A stretch of 64,000 nt of DNA, taken from positions 9,660-73,659 of the forward strand of contig JBLWVX010000011.1 of NCBI GenBank assembly GCA_048268245.1. Reading direction: 5' to 3'. This DNA is from Arcobacteraceae bacterium (lineage in GTDB: Bacteria > Campylobacterota > Campylobacteria > Campylobacterales > Arcobacteraceae). Position numbers and translations under genes: made by a program. Below, piece after piece: positions 22,398 through 32,910 of this stretch; positions within the stretch are counted from its first letter, which is position 1, and each line of letters opens with the position of its first letter. Below the pieces are notes generated by a model. The model was given only the letters and a program-made list of their open reading frames with translations. It made no database searches and was not told the origin of the DNA.

Positions 22398-22919
22398 TTA
22401 ACTTTTTCCTTTTTCTTTTAACTTCTTTTTCCACTCTTTTTCGAATTTTTTTCTTTTTAAAAATGATAAGTTTTCAATAAATAAGTGACCTTCTAAATGC
22501 TCCATTTCATGTTGCCATGCAACTGATAGAAAGTCTTCAGCTTCCATAGTTTGTTTTTGACCATATCTATCATAGTATTCAACTATAATATGCTGTGCTC
22601 TTTTTACATCCTCATGAAACCCTGGTACACTTAAACATCCTTCAGTAAAAACTTGTTCACCATCTTTATGAGTAATAACTGGGTTTATAGCCTCAATTAA
22701 ATCCTCTTTTGCTTGAACATCATTCTCATCAGGTAGACTAATAATAAGTATGTTTAATGGAATCCCAACTTGAATTGCAGCTAGTCCAACTCCATTTTGA
22801 TCAATCATTGTATCATACATATCATCTAAAAGTGTGTGAAGTTCATCATCGAACTTCTCCACATCTTTAGACTTTGTTCGAAGTAATTTATTTGGATAAG
22901 TAATAACTTCTCTAATCAT
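22398..22919 (-). CDS. def: Peptide deformylase
   Basis: GVGLAAIQ, EGCLS, QHEMEH. Confidence 0.97.
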   Translation of the reverse strand: MIREVITYPNKLLRTKSKDVEKFDDELHTLLDDMYDTMIDQNGVGLAAIQVGIPLNILIISLPDENDVQAKEDLIEAINPVITHKDGEQVFTEGCLSVPGFHEDVKRAQHIIVEYYDRYGQKQTMEAEDFLSVAWQHEMEHLEGHLFIENLSFLKRKKFEKEWKKKLKEKGKS

Positions 22920-22930
22920 TATATAAATCT

Positions 22931-23515
22931 CTATTTATGTCTTGCTATAACTTCGTCAACTAAACCATACTCTTTTGCTTCAGTTGCACTCATAAAATTA
23001 TCTCTATCAGTATCTTTTTCAACAGTTTCAATATCTTGACCTGTTTGTTCTGCAATCATACCGTTTAATTGATCTTTCATTCTTTGAATCTCTTTAGCTT
23101 GAATCTGAATATCAGTAGCTTGACCTTGTGCTCCACCTAATGGTTGGTGAATCATAATTCTAGAGTGAGGAAGAGAATATCTCTTACCTTTTACTCCAGA
23201 AGATAATAAAAATGCACCCATAGATGCTGCTTGTCCTATACAAATAGTACAAACATCTGGCTTTATATAATTCATTGTATCATAAATAGACATACCACTT
23301 GTAATCACTCCACCTGGAGAGTTGATATAAAGATAGATGTCTTTATCTGGATCTTCAGCTTCTAAAAATAAAAGCTGTGCAACAACTGTAGAAGCTACTT
23401 GGTCATTAATCTCACCACTTAACATAATAATTCTATCTTTAAGAAGTCTTGAGTAGATGTCATAACTTCTCTCACCTCTTCCACTTTTCTCAACTACGTA
23501 TGGTATATAGCTCAT
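22931..23515 (-). CDS. clpP: ATP-dependent Clp protease proteolytic subunit
   Basis: [26 protein letters not shown]. Confidence 0.98.
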   Translation of the reverse strand: MSYIPYVVEKSGRGERSYDIYSRLLKDRIIMLSGEINDQVASTVVAQLLFLEAEDPDKDIYLYINSPGGVITSGMSIYDTMNYIKPDVCTICIGQAASMGAFLLSSGVKGKRYSLPHSRIMIHQPLGGAQGQATDIQIQAKEIQRMKDQLNGMIAEQTGQDIETVEKDTDRDNFMSATEAKEYGLVDEVIARHK

Positions 23516-23532
23516 TTATCTATCCTAGTTAA

Positions 23533-24834
23533 TTATTTACCTAATTTTTCATCTAATAATTTAGAGATAACTCTCTCTTCAATCATAGACATTTTAATAG
23601 CTGGTAGGTATCCTGCTTCTTCATATTGTTTTAATACTTCTTGTGGGTTTTGACCCATTTGCATTGCTTCAAAGTATAATACTTGAGTAACTTCTTGATC
23701 AGATACTTCTACTTCTTCAGCTTTTGCAAGTGCATCAACAATGAATGTAGCTTTTACAGAGTTTTGAGCATCTTCTTTTAACTCATCTCTCATATCTTCT
23801 ACTTTAGATGCATCTTCTTGTAATGCTTTGATTTCATCTTCACTCATAGTTCTAACTTTGTTATTTAACGCATGGTTAACTTCTTGCTCAACTACTGTTG
23901 CAGGTAAAGCAAACTCTAAAGTTTCAACTAATTTCTCTAAGTAAGCAGGCTTTAACTCTTCTCTGTAGTATTTAGCTTTTGCTTCGTTAGTGATTTGCTC
24001 TTTGATTTTCTCTTTTAAAGTTTCTAAAGTTGCACCCTCTTCTTGTGGTAACATTTTAGTTGCTAACTCGTCATTTAACTCAGGAGCTGCTTTTTCTTGA
24101 ATTTCATGTAAAGTTACTTTAAATGTAGCTTCTTTACCTGCTAATTCTTTTGATTGGTACTCTTCTGGGAATGTAACAACTACATCTTTTTCTTCTTCAT
24201 ATTTCATACCAATGATTTGATCTTCAAATCCTGGGATAAATGAACCTGAACCGATTTCTAAAGAATACTTCTCAGCTTTTCCACCGTCAAATGCTACACC
24301 ATCAACAAAACCTTCGAAATCGATAACAGCGAAGTCACCTTCTCTTACCATTCTTTTTCTTTTGATTTTTTCTAATGGAGCTGATTGTTTAGCTAATTCT
24401 TCTAATCTAGAAGTTACTTCTTCATCAGATGCTTCTTTAGACTCTACTTCTGGTAATAATGCTTTATAATCACCTAAATCTACATTTGGCTTAACAGCTA
24501 CTTTTACTTCTACATCAATAGAACCATCTTCGTTTTTCTCAAATTTAGAGATAGCTGGTTCACCAACCATATCTTCATTTTTAACGTCTAATTCTTTTAA
24601 TCCATCAGTTAATACTGTTCTTAATGCATCACCTTCAGCATCTTCTCTTAACTTGTCAGCATATCTTTGCTTAACTACCGCTACAGGAACTTTTCCTTTT
24701 CTAAAACCTTGGATATCCATTGTTTTTGCAGCTTGTTTAGCTAATTTGTCTAAGTTTGTTTCAATAGTGTCTTTTTCAATTTTTGAAGAAATCACTACAT
24801 TTGCTTCATCAACTCTTTGTGCGTTAAATTCCAT
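23533..24834 (-). CDS. tig: Trigger factor
   Basis: GFRKGKVP ribosome-binding motif, FKBP domain FIPGFEDQ; upstream of clpP. Confidence 0.97.
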   Translation of the reverse strand: MEFNAQRVDEANVVISSKIEKDTIETNLDKLAKQAAKTMDIQGFRKGKVPVAVVKQRYADKLREDAEGDALRTVLTDGLKELDVKNEDMVGEPAISKFEKNEDGSIDVEVKVAVKPNVDLGDYKALLPEVESKEASDEEVTSRLEELAKQSAPLEKIKRKRMVREGDFAVIDFEGFVDGVAFDGGKAEKYSLEIGSGSFIPGFEDQIIGMKYEEEKDVVVTFPEEYQSKELAGKEATFKVTLHEIQEKAAPELNDELATKMLPQEEGATLETLKEKIKEQITNEAKAKYYREELKPAYLEKLVETLEFALPATVVEQEVNHALNNKVRTMSEDEIKALQEDASKVEDMRDELKEDAQNSVKATFIVDALAKAEEVEVSDQEVTQVLYFEAMQMGQNPQEVLKQYEEAGYLPAIKMSMIEERVISKLLDEKLGK

Positions 24835-24923
24835 TAAATTTACTCCGATTGTTATAATTTAAACGAAGATTTTATCTAAAAATTACTAAGGCTTTTATAA
24901 AATACTTTTTCAAAGGAGTTCAG

Positions 24924-26642
24924 TTGAGTTTTTTATACGAAAATGTACTATTTTTTATGCTTATTCCAAGCTTTATTTTACTATTTATAATTATCAAAAA
25001 AGGTGACAAATTTGCACAATATTTCAATAAAGAAACACTAGATAAATTATCTGTTTCAAATAGATATTTTTCTGCAAAAGCAAGAAGTATTACTCTTTTG
25101 ATAGCTCTAATTTTTATGATAATAGCCCTTGCAAGACCTGTAACAAATGAGAAGAATGTAACTTCAAAACAAAAAATAAGTTCTGTTGTAATAGCCATTG
25201 ATATTTCAAAATCAATGCTTGCAAATGATATTTTACCAAGCAGATTAACCTTTGCAAAAGAAAAAACTATTAATTTAATAGATGAATATAAAGACTTTGC
25301 TATAGCTGTTATAGTTTTTGCAAAAGATGCATTTATATTATCTCCATTAACACAAGATTTAAATTCATTGAAATATCTAGTAAACAATCTTGATTATACA
25401 CTTGACTTTAATAATGGTACAAATATATATGCAACACTTGAAGCTTCAAATAAACTTCTAAAGGATTATGAAAATAAAAACCTTATTTTACTTACAGATG
25501 GAGGGGATAAAAAAGATTTTCAAGATGAGATTGAACTTGCTTTAGAAAATAAAATAAAAGTCTATACAATTGCAACAGCAACAGCTAAACCTACACCAAT
25601 TAAACTTAAAGACAATACTTTTTTAACTAATAAAAACAATCAAGTAGTAACAGTTAAACTAAATGAGAATATAAAAAAATTAGCTTTACAAAGTGATGGA
25701 GGATATATAAATTTTACTTTAAACAATAGTGATATTTTACAAATAAAAAATGAGATAAATAGTTCATTTGCAAATAAACAGTTCAAATCAAAAAACCATA
25801 AAACATATACAGAATTATTTTACTACCCTCTTGCTTTTAGTATATTTTTATTACTTATTGCTTTTTCATCTCTACCTAATTTAAAAAATTTTAACAAAAA
25901 AACTACTAGTTTTTTTATACTTATTACATTTTTTGTTATTAGTCCATATAATTTAAAAGCTTCAATTTTTGATTTTAAATATATTGAAGAATCAAACAAA
26001 GCTTATGAAGAAAAAAATTATGACAAAGCATATGATGAGCTCTTAAAAATCAATGATAGCAAAGAAAAAGAGTATAACCTTGCAAATATACTTTACAAAC
26101 AAAACAAATATAAAGAAGCTATAAAAAGATATGAAAGTATCAAAAGTGATGATAGAATTTTAGAGTTTAACAGACTTCACAATCTAGGAAATGCTTATGC
26201 CAAAGACAAGCAATATAAAAAAGCAATCAAGAGCTATAAAGAAGCTCTTAAAATCAAAGAAGATAAAGCAACTAGGCAAAACCTAGAAAAAGTAAAAAAA
26301 CTTCTTGAAAACAAAAATAAGCCTAATAAAGACAATAACAATTCTAATGAGAATAAAAAGAACAATAAACAAAAAGAGAATAAAAAACAAACTCCTAAGC
26401 AGAATAATCAAAAAAACAAGCAAAAGCGAGAAGATAAAAAAGAAAACCAAAACTCTAAGAAATCTAAAGACACTAAAAATAAAAATCAAGAAAACAAACA
26501 ACAAGAAAATATAAATGAAAAGAAGTATATATCTAAAAAAGAAGAAGAAAAATGGCTTAATCAATTAGAAAAGAAAAAGCCTAAAGTATTTTTACAAAAA
26601 GTAAAATCTAAAAACAATCAAGAATCCCAAACTGCTTGGTAG
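24924..26642 (+). CDS. VWA plus TPR protein (BatB/BatC-like)
   Basis: ALARP, DISKSM (MIDAS), SPLT, LLTDG, TPRs (YNLANILY, HNLGNAY), N/K/Q-rich low-complexity tail. Confidence 0.88.
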   Translation: MSFLYENVLFFMLIPSFILLFIIIKKGDKFAQYFNKETLDKLSVSNRYFSAKARSITLLIALIFMIIALARPVTNEKNVTSKQKISSVVIAIDISKSMLANDILPSRLTFAKEKTINLIDEYKDFAIAVIVFAKDAFILSPLTQDLNSLKYLVNNLDYTLDFNNGTNIYATLEASNKLLKDYENKNLILLTDGGDKKDFQDEIELALENKIKVYTIATATAKPTPIKLKDNTFLTNKNNQVVTVKLNENIKKLALQSDGGYINFTLNNSDILQIKNEINSSFANKQFKSKNHKTYTELFYYPLAFSIFLLLIAFSSLPNLKNFNKKTTSFFILITFFVISPYNLKASIFDFKYIEESNKAYEEKNYDKAYDELLKINDSKEKEYNLANILYKQNKYKEAIKRYESIKSDDRILEFNRLHNLGNAYAKDKQYKKAIKSYKEALKIKEDKATRQNLEKVKKLLENKNKPNKDNNNSNENKKNNKQKENKKQTPKQNNQKNKQKREDKKENQNSKKSKDTKNKNQENKQQENINEKKYISKKEEEKWLNQLEKKKPKVFLQKVKSKNNQESQTAW

Positions 26643-26673
26643 TTTGATACTCTTTTTTATAAAGTCTAAAAAC

Positions 26674-27795
26674 TTAGTAGTTTTTAGACTTTCTCATTTG
26701 AAGTAATTCTCTTTGAACTGAAATATTTACTTCTTCGTCAGGATCAAAGTCTAATGAGTAATTTCTTCCATCATAGTCGACAGAATTTAAAATAACCTTC
26801 ATAGCTTCAAGTCTCGCTTTATGTTTATCATCACTTCTTACAATATGCCAAGGAGCAGACCTTGAAGTAGTTCTTCTTAACATCTCATATTTTTTCTCTG
26901 AGAACTCATCCCATAAATCTTGAGCTTGCATATCAACCTCAGAGAATTTCCACTGTCTTAAAGGGTCATTAATTCTTCTATCAAATCTTCTTTTTTGCTC
27001 TTCTTTTGATACAGAGAAATAAAGTTTGATTAAAATCATTCCTTGTCTTACTAAATCTTGTTCAAAATTAACAACATCTTCCATAAAGATTTCATGTTCT
27101 TCATTTGTACAAAATCCAAAAATAGGTTCAACCATAGCTCTGTTATACCAAGATCTATCAAATAAAACCATCTCACCACCTGTTGGGAAATGTTCAATAT
27201 ATCGTTGGAAGAACCATTGGTTTCTTTGAGTTTCTGTTGGCTTACCAAGTGCAACAACTCTATAATGCTTATTGTTCATATACCTAGTGATTCGTCTAAT
27301 GGCACCACCTTTACCTGAAGCATCTCTTCCTTCAAAAAGAATAATCATTCTTTTATTCTCTTTTTCAAGATAATTTTGAAGCTTTATAAGTTCTATTTGA
27401 TATTTTTTTAACTCTTCTAAGTCATAGATTTTTTGAATTCCATATGATAGAGTTTCTGGGTGAAGTTTTTTATAATCACCTAATATATCTATTAATTCTT
27501 GATTTTCTTTAATTAGTCTTTCTAATTCTTCATTTACTTGTGTATTTGTTTCAGCAGTCACTTCTTTTTTCTTTTCCTTTGCTTTTTTTGACACAATTGA
27601 TTCTTTGAAACTTTTCATAAGTTCTAAAGCAGTTTTCTTTGTAAGGTCATCTTTTTTTGTATAACCTAATACTTTAACATATCTTTTTCTTTCAAATTGA
27701 AATCTAGCAATATATTTCTTTCCAAAAACTGGGTGCGTGGCTTTTGAAATATATAAGCCACTATAGTTTGTCTTTTCAAAATCACTTAAATTCAT
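26674..27795 (-). CDS. ppk2: Polyphosphate kinase 2 with N-terminal extra domain
   Basis: FEGRDASGKGG, FDRSWYNRA, LRQWKFS; about 120-aa N-terminal extension. Confidence 0.93.
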   Translation of the reverse strand: MNLSDFEKTNYSGLYISKATHPVFGKKYIARFQFERKRYVKVLGYTKKDDLTKKTALELMKSFKESIVSKKAKEKKKEVTAETNTQVNEELERLIKENQELIDILGDYKKLHPETLSYGIQKIYDLEELKKYQIELIKLQNYLEKENKRMIILFEGRDASGKGGAIRRITRYMNNKHYRVVALGKPTETQRNQWFFQRYIEHFPTGGEMVLFDRSWYNRAMVEPIFGFCTNEEHEIFMEDVVNFEQDLVRQGMILIKLYFSVSKEEQKRRFDRRINDPLRQWKFSEVDMQAQDLWDEFSEKKYEMLRRTTSRSAPWHIVRSDDKHKARLEAMKVILNSVDYDGRNYSLDFDPDEEVNISVQRELLQMRKSKNY

Positions 27796-28722
27796 CTATT
27801 GTGCCTTTGCGAACTTATTTTCTTGTTCCATGATTTCTATTTCTTTTGTTCCACTAATTAAAATATCTGAATCAGTATTTTCAATAACTTCATGAACTTT
27901 ATTTGGATACTCAATATTTGATAATATATGTTTTATACAATTTAATCTAGCTTTTTTCTTATTATCACTTCTAATTACTGTCCATGGAGCATGATCAGAA
28001 TTTGAAGCCATAAGCATTGAGAATTTTGCAACAGTATATTTATCCCATAAATTTTGAGATTCTTTATCTACAGGAGATAATTTATATTGCTTTAATGGAT
28101 CAACTTCTCTTTTTTTGAATCTTCTAGCTTGTTCTTTTTTAGATACTGAAAAATAGAACTTCATTAAAACAATACCAGATTTTACAAGCATTTTTTCAAA
28201 CTCTGGAACTTCTCTTAAAAACTCATGATGCTCTTCAGTAGAACAAAATCCCATTACAGGTTCAACTCCACCTCTGTTGTACCATGATCTATCAAAAAGA
28301 ACTATTTCTCCAGCACTTGGAAGATGCTTTGTATATCTTTGGAAATACCATTGAGTTTTTTCTATATCACTTGGTTTTTCAAGTGCAACAACTCTTGCAC
28401 CTCTTGGATTTAGATGTTCAGTAATTCTTTTTATTGTACCACCTTTACCTGCGGCATCTCTACCTTCAAAAATCATAAGAACTTTAAGTCCTTTTTCTTT
28501 TACATGATTTTGAAGTTTTAAAAGCTCGATTTGTAAAGAAGTCAATTCTCTTTCATATTCTAAAGTCTCTTTTTTTACCCAAATTTGAACTTTTTTACCT
28601 TTGTGCTTAAGTTCGCCTCTTTTTCTTGACTTGTCTTTATAGTTATGTTTTATATCATCTTGTGTATCAATCTCATCCATGTCTTTGAATTCTTCATTTA
28701 TGATATCTCTTTCTTGCCCCAT
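27796..28722 (-). CDS. ppk2: Polyphosphate kinase 2
   Basis: FEGRDAAGKGG, FDRSWYNRG, PLKQYKLSP. Confidence 0.95.
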   Translation of the reverse strand: MGQERDIINEEFKDMDEIDTQDDIKHNYKDKSRKRGELKHKGKKVQIWVKKETLEYERELTSLQIELLKLQNHVKEKGLKVLMIFEGRDAAGKGGTIKRITEHLNPRGARVVALEKPSDIEKTQWYFQRYTKHLPSAGEIVLFDRSWYNRGGVEPVMGFCSTEEHHEFLREVPEFEKMLVKSGIVLMKFYFSVSKKEQARRFKKREVDPLKQYKLSPVDKESQNLWDKYTVAKFSMLMASNSDHAPWTVIRSDNKKKARLNCIKHILSNIEYPNKVHEVIENTDSDILISGTKEIEIMEQENKFAKAQ

Positions 28723-28739
28723 TATCCACCTTTATTTAT

Positions 28740-29888
28740 TCATGATAGTCTCATTTTATAATCATTATATCCAAAATTGTTTACAACTTGGTAACAATCA
28801 TTGTTCTTTTTTAACACAATAGATGGTAACTTTATACCATTAAATGTAGTTGTTTTAACCATTGTGTAATGAATCATATCTTCTAAGATAATTCTATCAC
28901 CTATTTTTAGTTCCTCATCAAAAGAATAATCTCCAATAACATCCCCTGCTAAGCAAGTATTGCCAGCAAATCTATAAGTATATTTTTTTTCATTTGCAAG
29001 ACCACTATTTCTTACATCAGGTCTATATGGCATTGCTAAAGTATCAGGCATATGTGCTTCTGCAGAAGTATCTAAAATGGCTACTTTCATTCCATTATCA
29101 ACAATATCAAGTACTGTTGCACTTAGGTATCCAGTTTGCCAACCAACTGCTTCACCTGGTTCTAGATATACTTCAAGATGAGGGTATCTTTTTTTGAAAG
29201 CTTTTAAAACTTCAATTAATCTATTAACATCATAATCAACTCTAGTAATATGATGCCCTCCTCCGAAGTTTACCCATTTCATTGAAGGTAAAAACTCACC
29301 AAAGTTTTTTTCAAAATTTGATAATGCCCCCTCTAAAACATCAACATTTTGTTCACATAAAGCATGAAAGTGTAAACCTTCAACTCCTTCAATTTCATCT
29401 TTTTGGAAATTTGCCTTTGTAATACCAAGTCTTGAAAATGGTGCACAAGGATTATATAAATCAACCTCAACAGATGAATATTCAGGATTTACTCTAAGAC
29501 CAATAGATGTTTTTCCAAGTGCTTTGTGTTTTAATCTTTTTAGTTGTGAAAAAGAGTTGAAAACTACATGATTTGATAAAGATACAATTTCATCAAACTC
29601 TTCTTCCTTAAAAGCAGGAGAGTAAGTATGAACTTCTCCTCCAAACTCTTCTTTTGCAAGGATTGCTTCATGTAGTCCTGAAGCACAACAACCTTTTAAA
29701 TACTTTTTACATATATCAAATGTACTAAAAAGAGCAAAGCCTTTTAAAGCAAGAAGTATATTTACTTCTGCTTCATCTTGTACTCTTTTTAAAGTCTCTA
29801 AATTTTTTATAAGTAAAGCTTCCTCACAAACAAAAGCTGGGCTTGGAAGCTCTTCATTTTTAACAATATTATTCTTCAAGCGGTTCAA
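28740..29888 (-). CDS. nspC: Carboxynorspermidine decarboxylase (true start possibly TTG near 29879)
   Basis: [56 protein letters not shown]. Confidence 0.95.
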   Translation of the reverse strand: MNRLKNNIVKNEELPSPAFVCEEALLIKNLETLKRVQDEAEVNILLALKGFALFSTFDICKKYLKGCCASGLHEAILAKEEFGGEVHTYSPAFKEEEFDEIVSLSNHVVFNSFSQLKRLKHKALGKTSIGLRVNPEYSSVEVDLYNPCAPFSRLGITKANFQKDEIEGVEGLHFHALCEQNVDVLEGALSNFEKNFGEFLPSMKWVNFGGGHHITRVDYDVNRLIEVLKAFKKRYPHLEVYLEPGEAVGWQTGYLSATVLDIVDNGMKVAILDTSAEAHMPDTLAMPYRPDVRNSGLANEKKYTYRFAGNTCLAGDVIGDYSFDEELKIGDRIILEDMIHYTMVKTTTFNGIKLPSIVLKKNNDCYQVVNNFGYNDYKMRLS

Positions 29889-30033
29889 AATCCTCTTTAC
29901 CTACACCACAATCAGGACATTCCCAATCTTCAGGAATATCTTCAAAAGCAGTCCCTGGTTCGATCCCACTATCAGGATCACCTATTGCTGGGTCATATAC
30001 ATAGTCACATACAGTACAAATATATTTTTGCAT
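29869..30033 (-). CDS. Rubredoxin
   Basis: Below the ORF-track cutoff. Manual translation [54 protein letters not shown] with two CxxC motifs; AAGGA RBS. Confidence 0.95.
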   Translation of the reverse strand: MQKYICTVCDYVYDPAIGDPDSGIEPGTAFEDIPEDWECPDCGVGKEDFEPLEE

Positions 30034-30117
30034 TTTATATCCTTTGTTTTAATATGACTTATTATACACCTATTTTAAATAATAGAACACTTAAATAAAG
30101 CACTATCTTTTATTATT

Positions 30118-31347
30118 TTATTCAATTGGTAAATCTAATATCTTCCAAGGTAAACCTTGAGTCATTAGTTCATCCATAAAAGGTTTAGCTTCAAACTCTT
30201 CTATATTGAATACACCTTTACCATCCCAAATACCTTTATAAAGCATTTTTGTTCCAATCATAGCAGGAACTCCAGTTGTATAAGATACTGCTTGTGCTCC
30301 TGTTTCTTTGAAACACTCTTGATGATCACATACATTGTAAATATATACTTTTTTCTTTTTCCCGTCCTTAATACCTTCAATAATACAACCAATATTTGTT
30401 TTACCAACAGTTCTAGGTCCAAGACTAGCTGGATCTGGTAATAGTGTAGTTAAAAACTCAATTGGAGTAATCTCAACACCTTTATGCATAATAGGCTCAA
30501 TACCAAGCATACCTACATTTTGTAAGCAGTTCATGTGTTGAATATATGAATCTCCAAATGTCATAAAGAATCTAATTCTTTTTAAACCTTTAATATTTTT
30601 TGATAAAGACTCTAACTCTTCATGATATAAAAGATATGAAGGTTTTACTCCAACTTCTGGATAATCATGTTCAACTCTAATTTCAAGGGGTTTTGTTTCA
30701 ACCCATTCTCCAACACCTTCATCATTTTTTTGCCAATATCTACCATTTGCAGATACTTCTCTTAAATTGATTTCTGGATTAAAGTTTGTAGCAAATGGGT
30801 ATCCATGGTCACCTGCATTACAATCCATAATATCAATATAGTTTATTTCATCAAATAAGTTTTGTTGCGCATATGCACAAAATACCCCTGTAACACCTGG
30901 GTCAAAACCAGAACCTAATAAAGCTTTAATTCCAGCTTTTTCAAATTGTTCATGTCTAGCCCATTGTTCTTTATACTCAAATTTAGCCTCATCAGGGTGC
31001 TCATAATTTGCAGTATCAACATAATCAACACCTGTTTGTGTACAAGCATCCATGATTGTCAAGTCTTGGTAAGGAAGTGCTACGTTTAGCACTACTTTTG
31101 GATTTACTTTTTTTATAAGCTCTACTAGCTCAGGAATATTATCAGCATCTACAGACGCAGTATCAATATCAACATCTTGATTTTTCTTAATATCAGCAGC
31201 AATAGCATCACACTTTGAAACTGTTCTTGATGCTAAAGTGATTTTTTCAAATGTATCGATATTCATAGCACACTTAACAGTAGCCACTCTACTAACTCCA
31301 CCTGCACCGATGATTAAAATACCTTTTTTATCCATTTTTTTCTCCAA
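30118..31347 (-). CDS. Carboxynorspermidine synthase (saccharopine dehydrogenase family)
   Basis: IIGAGGV, ALPYQDL, DTANYE, GFDPG, FATNFNPEINLRE, SYTTGVPA; upstream of nspC. Confidence 0.92.
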   Translation of the reverse strand: MEKKMDKKGILIIGAGGVSRVATVKCAMNIDTFEKITLASRTVSKCDAIAADIKKNQDVDIDTASVDADNIPELVELIKKVNPKVVLNVALPYQDLTIMDACTQTGVDYVDTANYEHPDEAKFEYKEQWARHEQFEKAGIKALLGSGFDPGVTGVFCAYAQQNLFDEINYIDIMDCNAGDHGYPFATNFNPEINLREVSANGRYWQKNDEGVGEWVETKPLEIRVEHDYPEVGVKPSYLLYHEELESLSKNIKGLKRIRFFMTFGDSYIQHMNCLQNVGMLGIEPIMHKGVEITPIEFLTTLLPDPASLGPRTVGKTNIGCIIEGIKDGKKKKVYIYNVCDHQECFKETGAQAVSYTTGVPAMIGTKMLYKGIWDGKGVFNIEEFEAKPFMDELMTQGLPWKILDLPIE

Positions 31348-31450
31348 ATTAATATGTATGATATTATAAACTTTTTTTAGTAAATAACTATTGAATTTTT
31401 AATTTGATTTTAATTTATTTGCTTTATACTATTTTTTAAGAAAATTACGA

Positions 31451-31456
31451 TATAGT
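31451..31456 (+). promoter_or_regulatory. Candidate -10 box of the native ssrA promoter
   Basis: TATAGT 16 nt upstream of the GGGG tmRNA 5' end, preceded by AT-rich periodic DNA. Confidence 0.4.
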
Positions 31457-31470
31457 TTCAAATATTTTTT

Positions 31471-31531
31471 ATGGGGATGATATGGCTTCGATTAGAGCAT
31501 CGAGGCTTGATTGCATGTCGGCCTGAGCATG
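31471..31531 (+). repeat. attL of island 1: 61-bp direct repeat equal to the displaced 5' fragment of ssrA
   Basis: ATGGGGATGATATGGCTTCGATTAGAGCATCGAGGCTTGATTGCATGTCGGCCTGAGCATG is identical to 44839-44899. Confidence 0.95.
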
Positions 31532-31612
31532 GTGGCTAAATGTTCAAACACATCTCAGACTAATGCCATCTTTAGGTATCTAGAGCTATTTTTTAATTTT
31601 AGCTTAAACCTC

Positions 31613-31635
31613 TCATTCACAAACTCATTCACATT
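31613..31635 (+). repeat. Putative integrase arm-type site (left)
   Basis: TCATTCACAAACTCATTCACATT (tandem TCATTCACA, 12-nt period), identical to 44751-44773. Confidence 0.75.
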
Positions 31636-31671
31636 TTACGTGTTTTAGTCCAATTATTTAGGCTAATTACT

Positions 31672-32904
31672 ATGAGTGTTAATAAACTACTAACTTCACT
31701 TAATATCAACAAATATGGAGTATATTATCTTAGGTTTAGAGTCTCAAATAAACTAAGTAGATTTTTCAAAAAAGAGTACATTTCAAAGTCTTTATTTACA
31801 AAAGAAAAGAAGACAGCAAAAATTAAAGCTATGGTTTACAGAAGTAAATATATAGAGCTACTTCAAATATCAGAATGGATTGACGATAAGACACTTCAAT
31901 TAAAAGTTAATGAATACATGAAGGATACTCTTAAAGTTGAATGTCCAAGTATTGAACAAGAACAACCTAAGCAAGATGAGTTTAGATTAAAAGATGCTAT
32001 TGCCTTATATAACAAATGGTACAAAAAACAAGGTGTAGCAGAGAAACAATATAAGATGATACAAAAAAGATTAAATGTGGCTATTTCATATTTTGGTGAA
32101 AATAGAATACTGAAAGAACTTAATACAGATGATATTGAAGAATACATTGATTTTTTAACTAAGTATCCTAACCCTAACAAAAAACCTTACAAAACAATGA
32201 GTTTCAAACAAATACTTAGGCTCAAAAATGTACCTCAACAAGACTATATCTCACCTAGTACAGTTATTAAATATATCAAAGCATTTCAACAGCTTGAAAA
32301 CTTCTTAGTTGATGATGGTAAACTTGACAGGAAAATAAGTAAAAGAGCTAAACTTCCAAATGTTAAAGATGCATCTAGAAGTCCGTTTACCGAAGATGAC
32401 TTAAAAACTCTCTATAATAAGTTTGATAAAATGGGTGATTTAGGTCTACTCTACTACACATTTGCTTATTCAGGTATGAGAACTTCAGAGTTTTGGAAAT
32501 CTAAAATAGGATATGAAGATGGCATATACTTTTTTGATTTATCCTATGAAGGGGTAGAGCTTAAAACTAATTCAAGTAAACGTAAAATACCTATTCATTC
32601 TAAACTAATTGAAAAAGGTATCTTATATAAATTAGAGGAACTTCAAGAATCATATAAACAGGGATATGTAAGTGAAATCTTTAACAGAAAACTAATCAAC
32701 CTTATCAGAGACTCTAAGAATAAAGTAATGTATAGTTTTAGGCATACTGTAGCAACTCATTTAAAGAGAGCTGATGTTGATATTGATAAAATCTCTGAGA
32801 TACTTGGACATCGCTATGAAAATACTTCTATGACTAAAACAGTTTATACTAATGGTTATTCTTTACTTCAACTAAAAGAAGCAATAGATAGATTAGATTT
32901 TTAG
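31672..32904 (+). CDS. Tyrosine integrase of island 1 (N-terminal DUF6538-like arm domain)
   Basis: GVYYLRFRV N-terminus; catalytic SGMRTSE, LKT, YSFRHT, LGH, VY; adjacent to attL. Confidence 0.9.
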   Translation: MSVNKLLTSLNINKYGVYYLRFRVSNKLSRFFKKEYISKSLFTKEKKTAKIKAMVYRSKYIELLQISEWIDDKTLQLKVNEYMKDTLKVECPSIEQEQPKQDEFRLKDAIALYNKWYKKQGVAEKQYKMIQKRLNVAISYFGENRILKELNTDDIEEYIDFLTKYPNPNKKPYKTMSFKQILRLKNVPQQDYISPSTVIKYIKAFQQLENFLVDDGKLDRKISKRAKLPNVKDASRSPFTEDDLKTLYNKFDKMGDLGLLYYTFAYSGMRTSEFWKSKIGYEDGIYFFDLSYEGVELKTNSSKRKIPIHSKLIEKGILYKLEELQESYKQGYVSEIFNRKLINLIRDSKNKVMYSFRHTVATHLKRADVDIDKISEILGHRYENTSMTKTVYTNGYSLLQLKEAIDRLDF

Positions 32905-32910
32905 TCTTGT

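Noticed and set aside
26283..26564. Overlapping ORFs and apparent repeats in the A-rich tract
   Set aside because: Shadows of the low-complexity N/K/Q tail of the VWA-TPR protein.
29957..29967. GGTTCGATCCC T-loop-like motif matching the tmRNA 3' arm
   Set aside because: Lies antisense within rubredoxin codons (GIEP); no cloverleaf and no att context.
31473..31560. Second tmRNA or a tRNA gene
   Set aside because: Identity stops after 59 nt; no tag ORF, no proper 5-bp T-stem, no CCA end.
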